A stretch of DNA of 64,000 bases from positions 64,001 to 128,000 of the forward strand of contig CBDCWP010000008.1 of assembly GCA_965223505.1 (NCBI GenBank). Direction: 5' to 3'. Positions 33,142-43,195 of the stretch are shown piece after piece; the first letter of the stretch is position 1; each line of letters starts with the position of its first letter. A program made the position numbers and the translations under genes. The stretch is from Planctomycetota bacterium. Lineage in GTDB: Bacteria; Planctomycetota; PLA2; JAEUHO01. The notes under the pieces were generated by a model. It ran no database searches. It was not told where the DNA came from and worked only from the letters and a program-made list of their open reading frames with translations.

Positions 33142-34173
33142 CTACGGCAGATCCGCTTTCGTCAAGACCCCGTCGCCATCCGCGTCCAATCCCTTGAACC
33201 GCTCTTCGCTGCCCGGGTACTCGTCGGCCGTGACCTTGCCGTCCTTGTTCTTGTCGAACCGCCGCAACATACCCGCCGTCAACCGACCCTTCGACGGCGC
33301 CGGCTTCTGCTCCTCACCGTCGCCGTCACGAGCCTGCGCCTTCGCGACCGCCGCCTGGAACTCCTCCAGCGACACACGGCCGTCCGCGTTCGCGTCGACC
33401 GTCTCCAGGTAGCGTCCCGGTACGCCGTCGTCCGCCGTCAGCACGCCGTCGCCGTTCTTGTCCAGCTGCTCGAAGCGCGCCGCCGCCGCTTCGGGTGAGA
33501 TCTTGCGCTTCCGCTTCGCGCCGCCGTCGAGCTGGTCGATCTCGTCCGCGTCGATGAAGCCGTTGGCGTTCGCGTCCAGGCGTTCGAAGAACGCATCGGG
33601 ACCGCGGTACTCGTCCCGGCTCACCCGGCCGTCGCCGTCCGTATCGAGCTGGCGCAGCCGCTTGGCCATCTGGGCCCGGCCGCGATCCCGACCGCGGTTC
33701 GGCTTGGCGCCCGGTTGCTTGCCGCCGCCCAGGTCCTGCTCGTCGAGGAAGCCGTCCTTGTTGCGATCGACGCGATCGAAGGCCTCCGGCGGACCGCGGA
33801 ACTCGTCTTTCGAGATCTTGCCGTCCTTGTTGGCGTCCATGCGTTCCAGCGCCTTCTTGAGGCGATCGCCGCCGCGCGCCTGATCGCCGCCTTGCTTTCC
33901 GCGCGCCGCGGGTTTCTTGGGCTGCGGCTTGTAGTCCGCGGGCAGTCCGAGCTCGTCCGGCTTGATCAGGCCGTCCTTGTTCTTGTCGAGCAGCCGGAAC
34001 GAATCGCTACCCCCCTCGAACTCGTCCTGCGAGACGCAGCCGTCGCCGTCGCGGTCGAGCTCGTCGAAGAACTGGCTCGTCGGCGGCAGCTCTTCGTCCT
34101 CGGCGCGCGCGGCCGGCGCGGCGCAGATCAGCGCCAGCGCGAGTCCCGGGGCAATCCAAAGCAAGCGTGTCAT
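33142..34173 (-). CDS. Secreted multi-EF-hand calcium-binding protein
   Basis: Signal peptide; ten D-x-(D/N)-x-(D/N)-G loops (DRDGDG, DKNKDG, DANKDG, DTDGDG...); SD GGAGG. Confidence 0.92.
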   Translation of the reverse strand: MTRLLWIAPGLALALICAAPAARAEDEELPPTSQFFDELDRDGDGCVSQDEFEGGSDSFRLLDKNKDGLIKPDELGLPADYKPQPKKPAARGKQGGDQARGGDRLKKALERMDANKDGKISKDEFRGPPEAFDRVDRNKDGFLDEQDLGGGKQPGAKPNRGRDRGRAQMAKRLRQLDTDGDGRVSRDEYRGPDAFFERLDANANGFIDADEIDQLDGGAKRKRKISPEAAAARFEQLDKNGDGVLTADDGVPGRYLETVDANADGRVSLEEFQAAVAKAQARDGDGEEQKPAPSKGRLTAGMLRRFDKNKDGKVTADEYPGSEERFKGLDADGDGVLTKADLP

Positions 34174-34258
34174 CGGTTCGGCCTCCATCGACGGACGGCG
34201 CGCGGCCGCACCCCGTCCGGTCTTCAACCCCGCCGGCCCGGCGGCGTTGCGCTTTCTC

Positions 34259-36025
34259 CTACCGCGTGTCCGCGGGCACGATCCGCAGCGAGTCCAGCAT
34301 CCCCGCGCCCTCCGGCAGCTCGATCCAGAGCCTGTGCCGCCCGCGCTTGAGCTCCACGATCGAGCCCATCTGCGGCTTCACCCGGTACACCTCGAACTGC
34401 TCGATCGCGATCAGACGATGCACCGTCGCCTTGCCGTGCGTCAGGAATCCGAAGTGGCCCTGCCCCATCCTGTTGCTCAGGTTCGCGAACACGTGCGGAC
34501 TGCCGTCCAGGCTCGCGACCGCCACGCCCGCGAAGTGCTCCACCTTGATCTTCATCGGACCGGCGCGTCCCGAGGGACGCGACTGGCACGCGCCGAGAAT
34601 GCGAATCTCGCCCGCTTCCATCACGCCGATCACGAACCGGCGGCCGCCGTCCGTCAGCCCCGCGACCTTGCCGTTCTGCCCGTCGACCATGTCGAACAGT
34701 ACGAGGGCGTCGTCGCCTCCGTTCTCCTCGTCGGGCATGGTCACGTGCGCCTCGACCCCGTTGTGATCGATGTCGTTCTCCGGCGACAGCCAGGACGCGT
34801 CGGTGCCGTGCGCGTCCATCACGATGCGGTCGTCCTCGAAGCGCACCTCGCCGCGCACGTCCAGCAACGGCGTCGCGTGATCGAGCATGAGAACGGGACC
34901 GACGTCGACGAAGTCGTCGGCTGGGGCGTCTAGCGGCGGCAGTGCCGCGTCGCTCAGCTCCCCGTCGTCGAACGCCCATCGCAGCGGGCGCAACCCGTGC
35001 CCCGTGCGGAAGAGCAGCCGGTAGCGACCCTCGTCCTGGACGATGAAGTCGTAGCGCAGCGTCACGCCGCTCTCGATGGTCGCCACGGCGCCGTCGCCCT
35101 CCGCCATGGGATGCTCGACGAGGTCGTAGTCGTCGCTCGTTCCGAGCAGCTCGGCCTGGACCGCGAGTCCCGCGGTGGTCAAGACCGGCGTCGCCTGCGG
35201 CTCGTTGCTCGGAATCTCGGGACCCCGCACGCCGTTGATGAAGTCGACCCAGTTGCGGTGATTGCGGTCGTCGGGAACGAATCGGTCCCCGCCCTTGTGC
35301 CGGCGTCCGCCCGCGTCTTCCGGCAGCGGCTTGCGCAGGAAGTCGGACTTCATCGGCTGCCCGGGCTTGAGCAGCTTCAGCACGGTCTCGAAGTTCTTGT
35401 AGTGATCCTCGAGCGGGAACTCGTCGCCGCGCGGATGCGTGACGAGCCCGAAGCGGCCCTTGCCTTTGCCCGCGTGGCACTCGATGCACACCTCGTGCAG
35501 CGTCGGCGCGATCTTCGCCAGGTAGAACTTGAAGTCGGGCTGGCCCTCCGGCGACTCCGGCGGCTTGTACGGCGGGGGCGGGGGGAGGACCGCGCCGTTG
35601 ATCCAGTCCACGATCGTCCCGTACTCGACCATGTTGCCGCGCAGTCGCACGCCGCCCTTGTGCGTCACACCGCCGGCGTCGGTTCCGATGGGCTTCAGCA
35701 GATAGAGCGACGCCGCCGGGTTCCCCGGCACGATCAGCTCGCTGAGCGTCTCGAAATTCTTCTCGTGATGGCGTTCGCGGATCTTGCGGCCCGGTAGCGG
35801 CCGGAGGAAGTGGCGGCCGACCTTCCGGCGCTCACGGGGGTTCGCGTGGCACTCGCCGCACAGCCGCATGACGATGGGGGAGATGCGCTGTTTGTAGAAC
35901 TCGTAGTCGAGCTTCGGCCCCTCGTCCGCCGCCGGCCCGTCTTCCGCCCGCGCGGTGACGTGCGCAGCGAGGACGGCGGCCGCAACGAGGAGCGCGGCGG
36001 CCGCGATCGGGATCGGTCGCTTCAT
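34259..36025 (-). CDS. Secreted diheme c-type cytochrome with C-terminal beta-sandwich domains
   Basis: Signal peptide; duplicated domain containing CGECH and CIECH, each followed by S..L.KP...GG..HKGG; SD GGAGG before ATG 36025. Confidence 0.78.
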   Translation of the reverse strand: MKRPIPIAAAALLVAAAVLAAHVTARAEDGPAADEGPKLDYEFYKQRISPIVMRLCGECHANPRERRKVGRHFLRPLPGRKIRERHHEKNFETLSELIVPGNPAASLYLLKPIGTDAGGVTHKGGVRLRGNMVEYGTIVDWINGAVLPPPPPYKPPESPEGQPDFKFYLAKIAPTLHEVCIECHAGKGKGRFGLVTHPRGDEFPLEDHYKNFETVLKLLKPGQPMKSDFLRKPLPEDAGGRRHKGGDRFVPDDRNHRNWVDFINGVRGPEIPSNEPQATPVLTTAGLAVQAELLGTSDDYDLVEHPMAEGDGAVATIESGVTLRYDFIVQDEGRYRLLFRTGHGLRPLRWAFDDGELSDAALPPLDAPADDFVDVGPVLMLDHATPLLDVRGEVRFEDDRIVMDAHGTDASWLSPENDIDHNGVEAHVTMPDEENGGDDALVLFDMVDGQNGKVAGLTDGGRRFVIGVMEAGEIRILGACQSRPSGRAGPMKIKVEHFAGVAVASLDGSPHVFANLSNRMGQGHFGFLTHGKATVHRLIAIEQFEVYRVKPQMGSIVELKRGRHRLWIELPEGAGMLDSLRIVPADTR

Positions 36026-36160
36026 GAAGCCTCCGTCCACCATTGAACCCGCTTTCGGCGGTGGGAGTACCACTGACGTGTAAGGAACGTCCCTCCGCGC
36101 CCTTCGGGGGCGATCTTCCCCCCCTGGCTCTACCATGCGACCGTTCGGCAGGATTCGCCC

Positions 36161-36910
36161 ATGACCCACGACGTCCCCGGCTGGACCGTGCACCGCCACG
36201 AGGTCGTCGCCTCGACCAACGACCTGGCAGCCGCGCTGCGCGACGCGGGCGCGGCCGGGCGCACCGCCGTCGTCGCCGACGCGCAGACCGCTGGGCGGGG
36301 CCGGGTCGGGCGCCGGTTCGCTTCGCCGCCGGGCGGGCTCTACGTCTCCGTCCTCCTCGACGCTCGCGCTGAGGATCTGCCGGCGGCGGTCGTGGCGCTC
36401 TCCGCTGTGGCGACGGCCCAGGCCATCGACCACTGCACCGGCGCTCAGGCGCGGATCAAGTGGCCCAACGACGTCTGGATCGACGGCAAGAAGGTGGCGG
36501 GCGTTCTTCTGGAGTCGTCGAATGCGGACCTGCCGGTCGTCGTCGGCATCGGCGTGAACATCCGCGGGGTGCCCGACGACCTTCCGCCCGACGTGCGGGC
36601 GGGCACGGGCGCGTTGAACGAGGTGGGCGCGCCGGTCGAGCGCGATGCGCTGCTTCGGTGCTTATTGGGCCGCATCGACGCCTGGCAAACGACCCTTCGT
36701 TCGGCAACTGGAAGGTCCGAGCTCGAGTCCGCATGGCACGACAGGCTGGCCCTGCTGGGGGCGCGCGTGCGTTGCACGTACGCTGGCAGGGATGTGACGG
36801 GCGTCCTGGAGGATGTGTCCCTCGACGACGGCCTCTGCATTCGGGACGGCGGTGGTGTCCCCGTCTGGCGAGCCGCGGAGGTCGTGCAGGATCTGCGTCC
36901 ACTCGAATAG
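36161..36910 (+). CDS. birA: Biotin--[acetyl-CoA-carboxylase] ligase (no N-terminal HTH)
   Basis: STND, QTAGRGR.GRRF.SP, KWPNDV, KKVAGVL, GIGVN. Confidence 0.95.
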   Translation: MTHDVPGWTVHRHEVVASTNDLAAALRDAGAAGRTAVVADAQTAGRGRVGRRFASPPGGLYVSVLLDARAEDLPAAVVALSAVATAQAIDHCTGAQARIKWPNDVWIDGKKVAGVLLESSNADLPVVVGIGVNIRGVPDDLPPDVRAGTGALNEVGAPVERDALLRCLLGRIDAWQTTLRSATGRSELESAWHDRLALLGARVRCTYAGRDVTGVLEDVSLDDGLCIRDGGGVPVWRAAEVVQDLRPLE

Positions 36911-36925
36911 GCCGGGCGATTTCGC

Positions 36926-39031
36926 ATGAGCGACATGCATGCCATCACCAAGCGCTCGAAGGTCGTGACGATCGTCGTGCTCTTCATCTTCACCCAGATG
37001 GCGATCGTCGCGGTGCTGGGGCTCAACGCGAGCGAGAGCCAGCGGGAGACCACTCGGCAGAACCAGATCTTCCAGGCGGCCGAACGGGCTCGTGACGGGT
37101 TGTCGAAACTGCGCGACGATGCGCTCGGCGATCTGAGCGCCCAGATTCGAGACGCCGTGCAGATCGAGCAGCCGAGCCGTCTGCGCCAGCTCGAGACCCG
37201 GCCGGGGCCCCGGCTCGTGCGCATGATTTTCCACATCGAGGCGGATGGGGTCGCGCACTGGCTCACGCACGACGAGCACTTCCGTCTCTACATGCCGCCC
37301 GACGTCACGAAGGCGCTCTGGGAACGCAGCCGCGCCGAAGACCAGGTCAAGCGCGCCGAGGAGATGGAGCGCGAGGCGAAGGACCCGCGTAAGGACAACG
37401 CCGCAGCGCGCGACGCCTGGTATCGCCTGCTCAAGGCGTATCCGCTGCGGCTCGACGAGTCGGACGGCGAGACGTTCCCGCTGGCGGCCGGGCAGGCGAG
37501 CACGTTGGTCGAGTACGCCATGAACGCGGACCCGGCCGACGATCAGGATCCGCGCGCGGCCTTCCGCCGCGCGTTGCTGCGCGCGCTCGACGTCGGCGCG
37601 ATCAACCGCGGGCGTCCCGAGATCGACGCCGTCGACATCGCGATCCTCGACCAGATCGACGAGCGCGTCGCAGAGGCGCTCGAGGCGCGCAAGCACGACG
37701 TCGCCGACGAAGAGCTGCGCTGGGAGATTCGCCGCTTCCAGGCGTATCGCGACCACTTCCGTGACGAAGCGCATCTCAACGAGCTGAACCTCGCGATCCG
37801 CCGCGTTCAGGACAGCGATCAGCGAGGCGCCTTCTTCACGTTCCCCGTCGGCACGGAGCTGATCGCGGTCGCGCCCGAGAACGGCGGGTTCATCGTCGTC
37901 ACGCTCGACGCGACCCAGGCCCGCGCGATCATCGAGGCGCGCGTCGACCGGGCCGCGTTCGACCGCGACGGACAGGAGGTGCGGGTCTACCCCACGGACA
38001 TGCCCGACGACGCGCCCGAGGGCATCGCCACCCAGCCGGTGAAGAGCGACGCCATCGAGTTCCCCTTCAACGTCGCGGTGTTCCAGGTGCGCGACCCGGC
38101 GGGCGAGCCGGATCGCACCTCGGAGTACCTGATCTGGGTCATGGTGGTCCTGGCGGTTCTCGGGTTCGGCGTCGGGGGCACGGTGCTCTACCGGCTCTAC
38201 CGCCGCGAGATCCGCCTGGCCAAGCTCAAGGCCGACTTCGTCAGCAACCTCTCGCACGAGCTCAAGACGCCGCTCACCAGCATCCAGATCTTCACGGAGA
38301 TGTTCCAGGACGGGAAGCTGAGCGATCCGAAGGACCAGGCCGAGGGCTTCGACGTGCTGGCGCAGGAGTCCGACCGCCTCCAGCGCATCGTGAAGCGGAT
38401 GATCGACGTGGCGCACAAGGAGGCCCGCGGCGTCGCCTACGAGATGACGCCGGGCGACCTGAATCGGCCGATTCTGGAGGCGACGAGCCGTTTTCGCCGA
38501 ATCGTGACAGAACCGGGGTTGGATCTACGGGTCAGTTTGGCGCCCGAACCACTGCCGATGATGCTCGATCCATCGGCCATGGATGACGTGATCACCAACC
38601 TCGTGTCCAACGCATGGAAATACAAGGACGGCGATGCTGCGAGCATCACCGTCGCGACGCAGCGTCGTGGACGCTTCGCCGAGGTCGTCGTCATGGACGA
38701 CGGCATCGGGATCCCGACCACCGAGCGCAAGCGCGTCTTCGAGATGTTCTATCGGGCGGATCAGTATCTGACGCAGCCGGTGGCCGGCACCGGGCTCGGC
38801 CTGGCGCTCGTGCGCACCATCGTGCGCGCGCATCGCGGGAAGATCCGCGTCGGACCGGGCGAGAACGGCAAAGGGACGGCGTTCCGCATGCGCTTTCCGC
38901 TGAACAAGAAGGCGGCGCAGGCCGCGGCGGCGCCCCCCGCGAGCGGGGACGAGCCGCCGGCCGCAAGCGAACCCGAAGCCACGCCGGCGAAGCCGGAAGG
39001 CGCAGCGACGGGCGAAAGGGCGAGGACATGA
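36926..39031 (+). CDS. Membrane sensor histidine kinase
   Basis: Two TMs flanking a large periplasmic region; SHELKTPL, NLVSNAWKY, DDGIGI, GTGLGL. Confidence 0.93.
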   Translation: MSDMHAITKRSKVVTIVVLFIFTQMAIVAVLGLNASESQRETTRQNQIFQAAERARDGLSKLRDDALGDLSAQIRDAVQIEQPSRLRQLETRPGPRLVRMIFHIEADGVAHWLTHDEHFRLYMPPDVTKALWERSRAEDQVKRAEEMEREAKDPRKDNAAARDAWYRLLKAYPLRLDESDGETFPLAAGQASTLVEYAMNADPADDQDPRAAFRRALLRALDVGAINRGRPEIDAVDIAILDQIDERVAEALEARKHDVADEELRWEIRRFQAYRDHFRDEAHLNELNLAIRRVQDSDQRGAFFTFPVGTELIAVAPENGGFIVVTLDATQARAIIEARVDRAAFDRDGQEVRVYPTDMPDDAPEGIATQPVKSDAIEFPFNVAVFQVRDPAGEPDRTSEYLIWVMVVLAVLGFGVGGTVLYRLYRREIRLAKLKADFVSNLSHELKTPLTSIQIFTEMFQDGKLSDPKDQAEGFDVLAQESDRLQRIVKRMIDVAHKEARGVAYEMTPGDLNRPILEATSRFRRIVTEPGLDLRVSLAPEPLPMMLDPSAMDDVITNLVSNAWKYKDGDAASITVATQRRGRFAEVVVMDDGIGIPTTERKRVFEMFYRADQYLTQPVAGTGLGLALVRTIVRAHRGKIRVGPGENGKGTAFRMRFPLNKKAAQAAAAPPASGDEPPAASEPEATPAKPEGAATGERART

Positions 39032-39720
39032 GCTCACGCATCCTGATCGTCGAGGACGACCCCTCGATTCGACTCGGACTCAAGCGCAGCTTGGAGTTCG
39101 AGGGGTTCACGGCCGAGCTGGCGCGTGACGGCGAAGAGGCGATCCAACGTGCCTTCGACAAGAAGCCGGATCTGATCGTGCTCGACATCATGCTTCCGCG
39201 CGTGAACGGGTTCGAGGTGTGCCGCACGGTGCGCAAGTACGACTCGACGATTCCGATTCTCATCCTGTCCGCGAAGGGCGACGAGGGCGACAAGGTGCTC
39301 GGGCTGGAGCTGGGCGCCGACGACTACATCACCAAGCCGTTCTCGATTCGCGAGTTGACGGCGCGGATCAAAGCCGCCTTGCGGCGGCGGCGGGCCATGG
39401 AGGGCGAGGTCGACACGTTCGAGGAGGAAAACCTGCGCATCGACTTCGGCGGTCAGACTCTGGCGGTCGACGGCGAGGAGCGCGAGCTGTCCACCCGCGA
39501 GTTCAAGCTGCTGCGGCACCTGATCCAGAACCGCGGTCGCGTGCTGTCGCGCGACCAGATCCTGAACAAGGTCTGGGGCTACGACTACGACGGAACGCCG
39601 CGCACGATCGACAACTTCATCAACAAGCTGCGTCAGAAGCTGGGCGACGATCCGACGACGCCCAAGTGGATCCAGACGGTGCGTGGCTCGGGCTACAAGT
39701 TCCGGTCGCCCGGGGGGTAG
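39028..39720 (+). CDS. OmpR/PhoB-family response regulator
   Basis: ILIVEDD, LDIMLP, GADDYITKPF, RTIDNFINKLRQKL, IQTVRGSGY; ATGA overlap with the kinase. Confidence 0.96.
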   Translation: MSSRILIVEDDPSIRLGLKRSLEFEGFTAELARDGEEAIQRAFDKKPDLIVLDIMLPRVNGFEVCRTVRKYDSTIPILILSAKGDEGDKVLGLELGADDYITKPFSIRELTARIKAALRRRRAMEGEVDTFEEENLRIDFGGQTLAVDGEERELSTREFKLLRHLIQNRGRVLSRDQILNKVWGYDYDGTPRTIDNFINKLRQKLGDDPTTPKWIQTVRGSGYKFRSPGG

Positions 39721-39735
39721 AGCGGGGCCGCGCCC

Positions 39736-40737
39736 TTACGGCGCGTCCGACGCTTCCGGGCCGTGCACCGTAAACGTCGTCACGGTCCGCGCCAGCACGC
39801 GTACCCTCGCGCCCTCGCGGCGCAGGAGCTGCACGCGGGCCTCGATGTCGTAGGACTCGCCGGCGCCCGGCGCCGGGAAGGCGCCGTACGGCACCATCAC
39901 GCTGCTCTTGTAGGTGGACATCTTGCCGGACACGCGCACCGGACGCGTCTGCACCGTGAGGTTGCCGGCCGAATCGGCGAAGTTGCGCCATGAGGAGCGG
40001 ATCAGTTTCTCGTCGTCCTTGCGCGCGAACCAGATGCCGACGTACAGGGACCGGTTCGCCTGGTTGATCGCGGTGAACGTGATGTCGACGCGCATCCCGG
40101 TCGCACCGCTGCGCATCTTCAGGTTGTGGCGCTTCGAGATGCGGTCGATGTTGCTGACGCGGATCTCGCGCGTCGGCCGCACGGGTCCGGTGGGAGAGAC
40201 GGGACGCCGAATCGTCGTGGGTGTCCGCGGTGCGCGCGGCGCGCCCGGCGCCACGTAGGGCACCCGCGTTGTCGTCGCCGGCAGGGTCGCACCGGGGCGC
40301 GTGCGCACGACGGGTTGCATGGGCACTGCCGTCACGGGACGCGACGTGATGTTCGTCCCCCGCTGCCGAATCGGCGCGGTGCGCGTCGGTGCGACCGTCG
40401 GTGTCGTCGGCGCGGGAATGATGCGCGGCGACCTCGCCGGGTTGCGGATCGTCGGGGGCGGCAGGTCCTTTTTGGCGGGGTTCGCGACCGGCTTCTCGGT
40501 GGGAGGTTCCGCGGCCGCGGGTTCCTCGATCTCGGGCGTGCCCGGGACGTCGCCGTCGTTCCCTTCGTTCGCTTTCTCCCCATCTCCCTTCGCACCGTCG
40601 CTCTTCGTGTCGTCCTTCGTCTCCTCGGGCGGCGGATCGGGCTCGGGGAACTCGTCCTCGGCGAACGCGCACGGCGCCGCGACCGCACTCAGCGCCACGA
40701 ACAGAGCGGTAGCCCACAAAACACGCAATTCGGTCAT
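39736..40737 (-). CDS. Secreted hypothetical protein (acidic and Pro/Thr-rich linker, C-terminal beta-rich domain)
   Basis: Signal peptide MTELRVLWATALFVALSAVAAPCAFA; low-complexity linker; beta-strand-rich C-terminus. Confidence 0.7.
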   Translation of the reverse strand: MTELRVLWATALFVALSAVAAPCAFAEDEFPEPDPPPEETKDDTKSDGAKGDGEKANEGNDGDVPGTPEIEEPAAAEPPTEKPVANPAKKDLPPPTIRNPARSPRIIPAPTTPTVAPTRTAPIRQRGTNITSRPVTAVPMQPVVRTRPGATLPATTTRVPYVAPGAPRAPRTPTTIRRPVSPTGPVRPTREIRVSNIDRISKRHNLKMRSGATGMRVDITFTAINQANRSLYVGIWFARKDDEKLIRSSWRNFADSAGNLTVQTRPVRVSGKMSTYKSSVMVPYGAFPAPGAGESYDIEARVQLLRREGARVRVLARTVTTFTVHGPEASDAP

Positions 40738-40742
40738 CTCGC

Positions 40743-41153
40743 TCAAGCTCCTGCCTGGACGACGATGATAACCACCATGAGTGCGTGAACCACGACAACG
40801 CACCCAATCGCCAGCGTTTCGAGCGTCTTGGGGATCCACTGGCGCTGTCGGTCGTCGCCGATGACCTTGAGCGTGCGCTCGAGGACCGGGTACCACCAAA
40901 ACAGGAAGAACCACGACGCCAGGCTGAGCAGGATGACGGAGCCGCCCATCCAGAAGGGCATGACGGAACGACCCTCGTGACTCCAAAGCACCTGGAAGAC
41001 GATGGCGCCGTAGCCGATGAACGCTACGGCCATGCTGACTTGCAGCAACCAGCTGGCGCGAACGCGCCGCAGCCCGAACTCGCGCACCGGATCCTGCGCC
41101 GGCATCGGGGCGCTGATCTGCTCGTTCGATTCGGGGGGCGGTGTCTCGGTCAC
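40743..41153 (-). CDS. Hypothetical 3-TM membrane protein
   Basis: Three hydrophobic segments; GTG 41153 preceded by a TACCAT -10 box. Confidence 0.68.
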   Translation of the reverse strand: MTETPPPESNEQISAPMPAQDPVREFGLRRVRASWLLQVSMAVAFIGYGAIVFQVLWSHEGRSVMPFWMGGSVILLSLASWFFLFWWYPVLERTLKVIGDDRQRQWIPKTLETLAIGCVVVVHALMVVIIVVQAGA

Positions 41154-41187
41154 GAACCGATGGTACTCCGCCGGAGGGGCGGGCTCG

Positions 41188-42156
41188 CTACCCCAGAAAC
41201 TCCCGCGCGGCGGTGGTGAGCATCGGCAGGACGTCGTGGACGTCGCCCACGATGCCGTAGTCGGCGATCTTGAAGATCGGCGCTTCCGCATCTTTGTTGA
41301 CGGCCACGATGACCTTGCTGCTGCTCATGCCCGCCAGGTGTTGGATCGCGCCGCTGATGCCGCACGCGAAGTAGATCTTCGGCGTGACGGTCTTCCCGGT
41401 CTGTCCGACCTGCTCGGCGTGCGGACGCCAACCGGCATCGCACACGGCGCGTGAGGCGCCGTTCGCCGCGCCCAACGCGGCGGCCAGGTCCAGAATGATG
41501 TTCCAGTTCTCGGGGCCGCCGACGCCGCGCCCGCCCGACACGATGATGTCCGCTTCCGTGAGCTCGATCTTCCGTTCGTCGGCGGCAACGACCTCCTTCA
41601 AGCGAATGCGCGGCGTGGGTTCGGTGAACGCGAGCTCCTTGACCTCGGCGTCCCGCGGGTTCTCCGCGGGCGGCAACGCGTTGGGTCGCAACGAGACGAT
41701 CGCGGGCGTCGGCAGCGACACCTGTGCGAACGCCTTCCCGGCGTACTTGGGCTTCGTGACATTCACCGCGTCGCCGTCGACGGCGACGGCGGTGACGTCG
41801 GCGGCGAGGCCGAGGTCGAGCTTGCCGGCGACGTACGCGCCGAGCTCCTTGCCGACGAGCGAAGCCGGCAGCAGCACGACGGCCGGCTTGTGCCCTTCGA
41901 TCGCGGCGCAGAGCGCGGCCGCGGACGTCTCGAGCAGGTACCGCGAGGCGTCGGCTGCCTTCGCGACGCCGACGGTGTCGACGCCGAAGCGGCCCAGTGT
42001 CGCGGCGGCGTTCTCGACGTCGCCCGGCACGACGGCGATCAAGGAGCCGCCGGTTGCGTCCGCGAGCGCGCGGCCGGCGGTGGCGACCTCGGCCGCCGAC
42101 TTCTTGAGCAGCGTGCCGCCGTCGCTCGGCTCGACGTAGATCAGGATGTCGCTCAT
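41188..42156 (-). CDS. etfA: Electron transfer flavoprotein alpha subunit
   Basis: [52 protein letters not shown]. Confidence 0.97.
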   Translation of the reverse strand: MSDILIYVEPSDGGTLLKKSAAEVATAGRALADATGGSLIAVVPGDVENAAATLGRFGVDTVGVAKAADASRYLLETSAAALCAAIEGHKPAVVLLPASLVGKELGAYVAGKLDLGLAADVTAVAVDGDAVNVTKPKYAGKAFAQVSLPTPAIVSLRPNALPPAENPRDAEVKELAFTEPTPRIRLKEVVAADERKIELTEADIIVSGGRGVGGPENWNIILDLAAALGAANGASRAVCDAGWRPHAEQVGQTGKTVTPKIYFACGISGAIQHLAGMSSSKVIVAVNKDAEAPIFKIADYGIVGDVHDVLPMLTTAAREFLG

Positions 42157-42899
42157 CACAGCACCTTCTTGTCGTTGCGAAGCGCTTCGAGCAGCGCGGT
42201 CATGCCTTCCGGTGTGGGTTCGATGGAGACCATCTCGCCGCGTTCGGGCGGCAGCTCCAGCGCCGTCACGGTCGACACGCCGGCGGGCGCCTCCGCTTCG
42301 ACCGTTTCGAGCGGCTTCTTCTTGGCCGCCATGATTCCCTTCAGGCTCGGGTAGCGCGCTTCGGCGAGTCCCTTCTGGGCGGTGAACACGGCCGGCAGGT
42401 CGACGTCGTAGACCTCGGTCTCGCCTTCGTTCTCGCGGCGGGCGGTGGCCTTGCCGTCGGCGGCTTCGAGGCCGCTGACGAACGCGACGCACGGCAGGTC
42501 GAGCAGCGCGGCGAGGCGCGGGCCGACGGCGGCGTCGTCCTCGTCGGTGGCCTGCTTGCCGGTGAGGATCATGTCGAACTCGCGTCCGCGGATGGCGTTC
42601 GCGAGCGCGGTTGCCGTGGCGGAGGAGTCGAGCGGGTCTTCGACGACGACGTGAACGGCGTCGTCGGCGCCCATGGCGAGGGCGGTGCGCAGCTCCTTGG
42701 TGGCGGCGGCCGGACCGACGGTGAGCGCGGTGACGTTGCCTTCGTCGGTCTTGAGCTGGATGGCCTTCTCGAGGGCCATCTCGTCGTAGGGCGCCATGAT
42801 GAACTGCACACCGGCGGGATCGAGGCTCTTGCCGTCGGCGCCGATCTTCACGCGGGTATCGGTGGCGACGACGCGTTTGATGCAAACGATGATGCGCAT
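42156..42899 (-). CDS. etfB: Electron transfer flavoprotein beta subunit
   Basis: MRIIVCIKRV, ALAMGAD, GKQATD, RYPSLKGIMAAKKKP. Confidence 0.97.
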   Translation of the reverse strand: MRIIVCIKRVVATDTRVKIGADGKSLDPAGVQFIMAPYDEMALEKAIQLKTDEGNVTALTVGPAAATKELRTALAMGADDAVHVVVEDPLDSSATATALANAIRGREFDMILTGKQATDEDDAAVGPRLAALLDLPCVAFVSGLEAADGKATARRENEGETEVYDVDLPAVFTAQKGLAEARYPSLKGIMAAKKKPLETVEAEAPAGVSTVTALELPPERGEMVSIEPTPEGMTALLEALRNDKKVL

Positions 42900-43016
42900 G
42901 ATTCGGATTGCTCCCTCGGACCGGGACGCGGAGTGTACGTTCCGTCCCGTGCTGGTCGGAGCCAATGGCGGGGCGTCTACGCCCCTCGGACCCGCCCCCC
43001 GATTCCGAACCCGGTT

Positions 43017-43194
43017 GGGCAGCCACAAGGGCTGCCCCTACAGGTGCGCGTGAGACGTTTGGGACCGAGCGCCGGGATCGGGAGGGGGAGCGGGAGCGGG
43101 ATTGGATGTAGGGGCGACCCTCGTGGTCGCCCAAGCGTCCGTCGATCAGGCGCCGAGGCATGACCGGTTGGGCAGCCACAAGGGCTGCCCCTAC
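43017..43194. repeat. REP cluster (B-A-B) with GGGAGC hexamer linker
   Basis: REP-B at 43017 and 43170, REP-A at 43108. Confidence 0.92.
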
Positions 43195-43195
43195 G

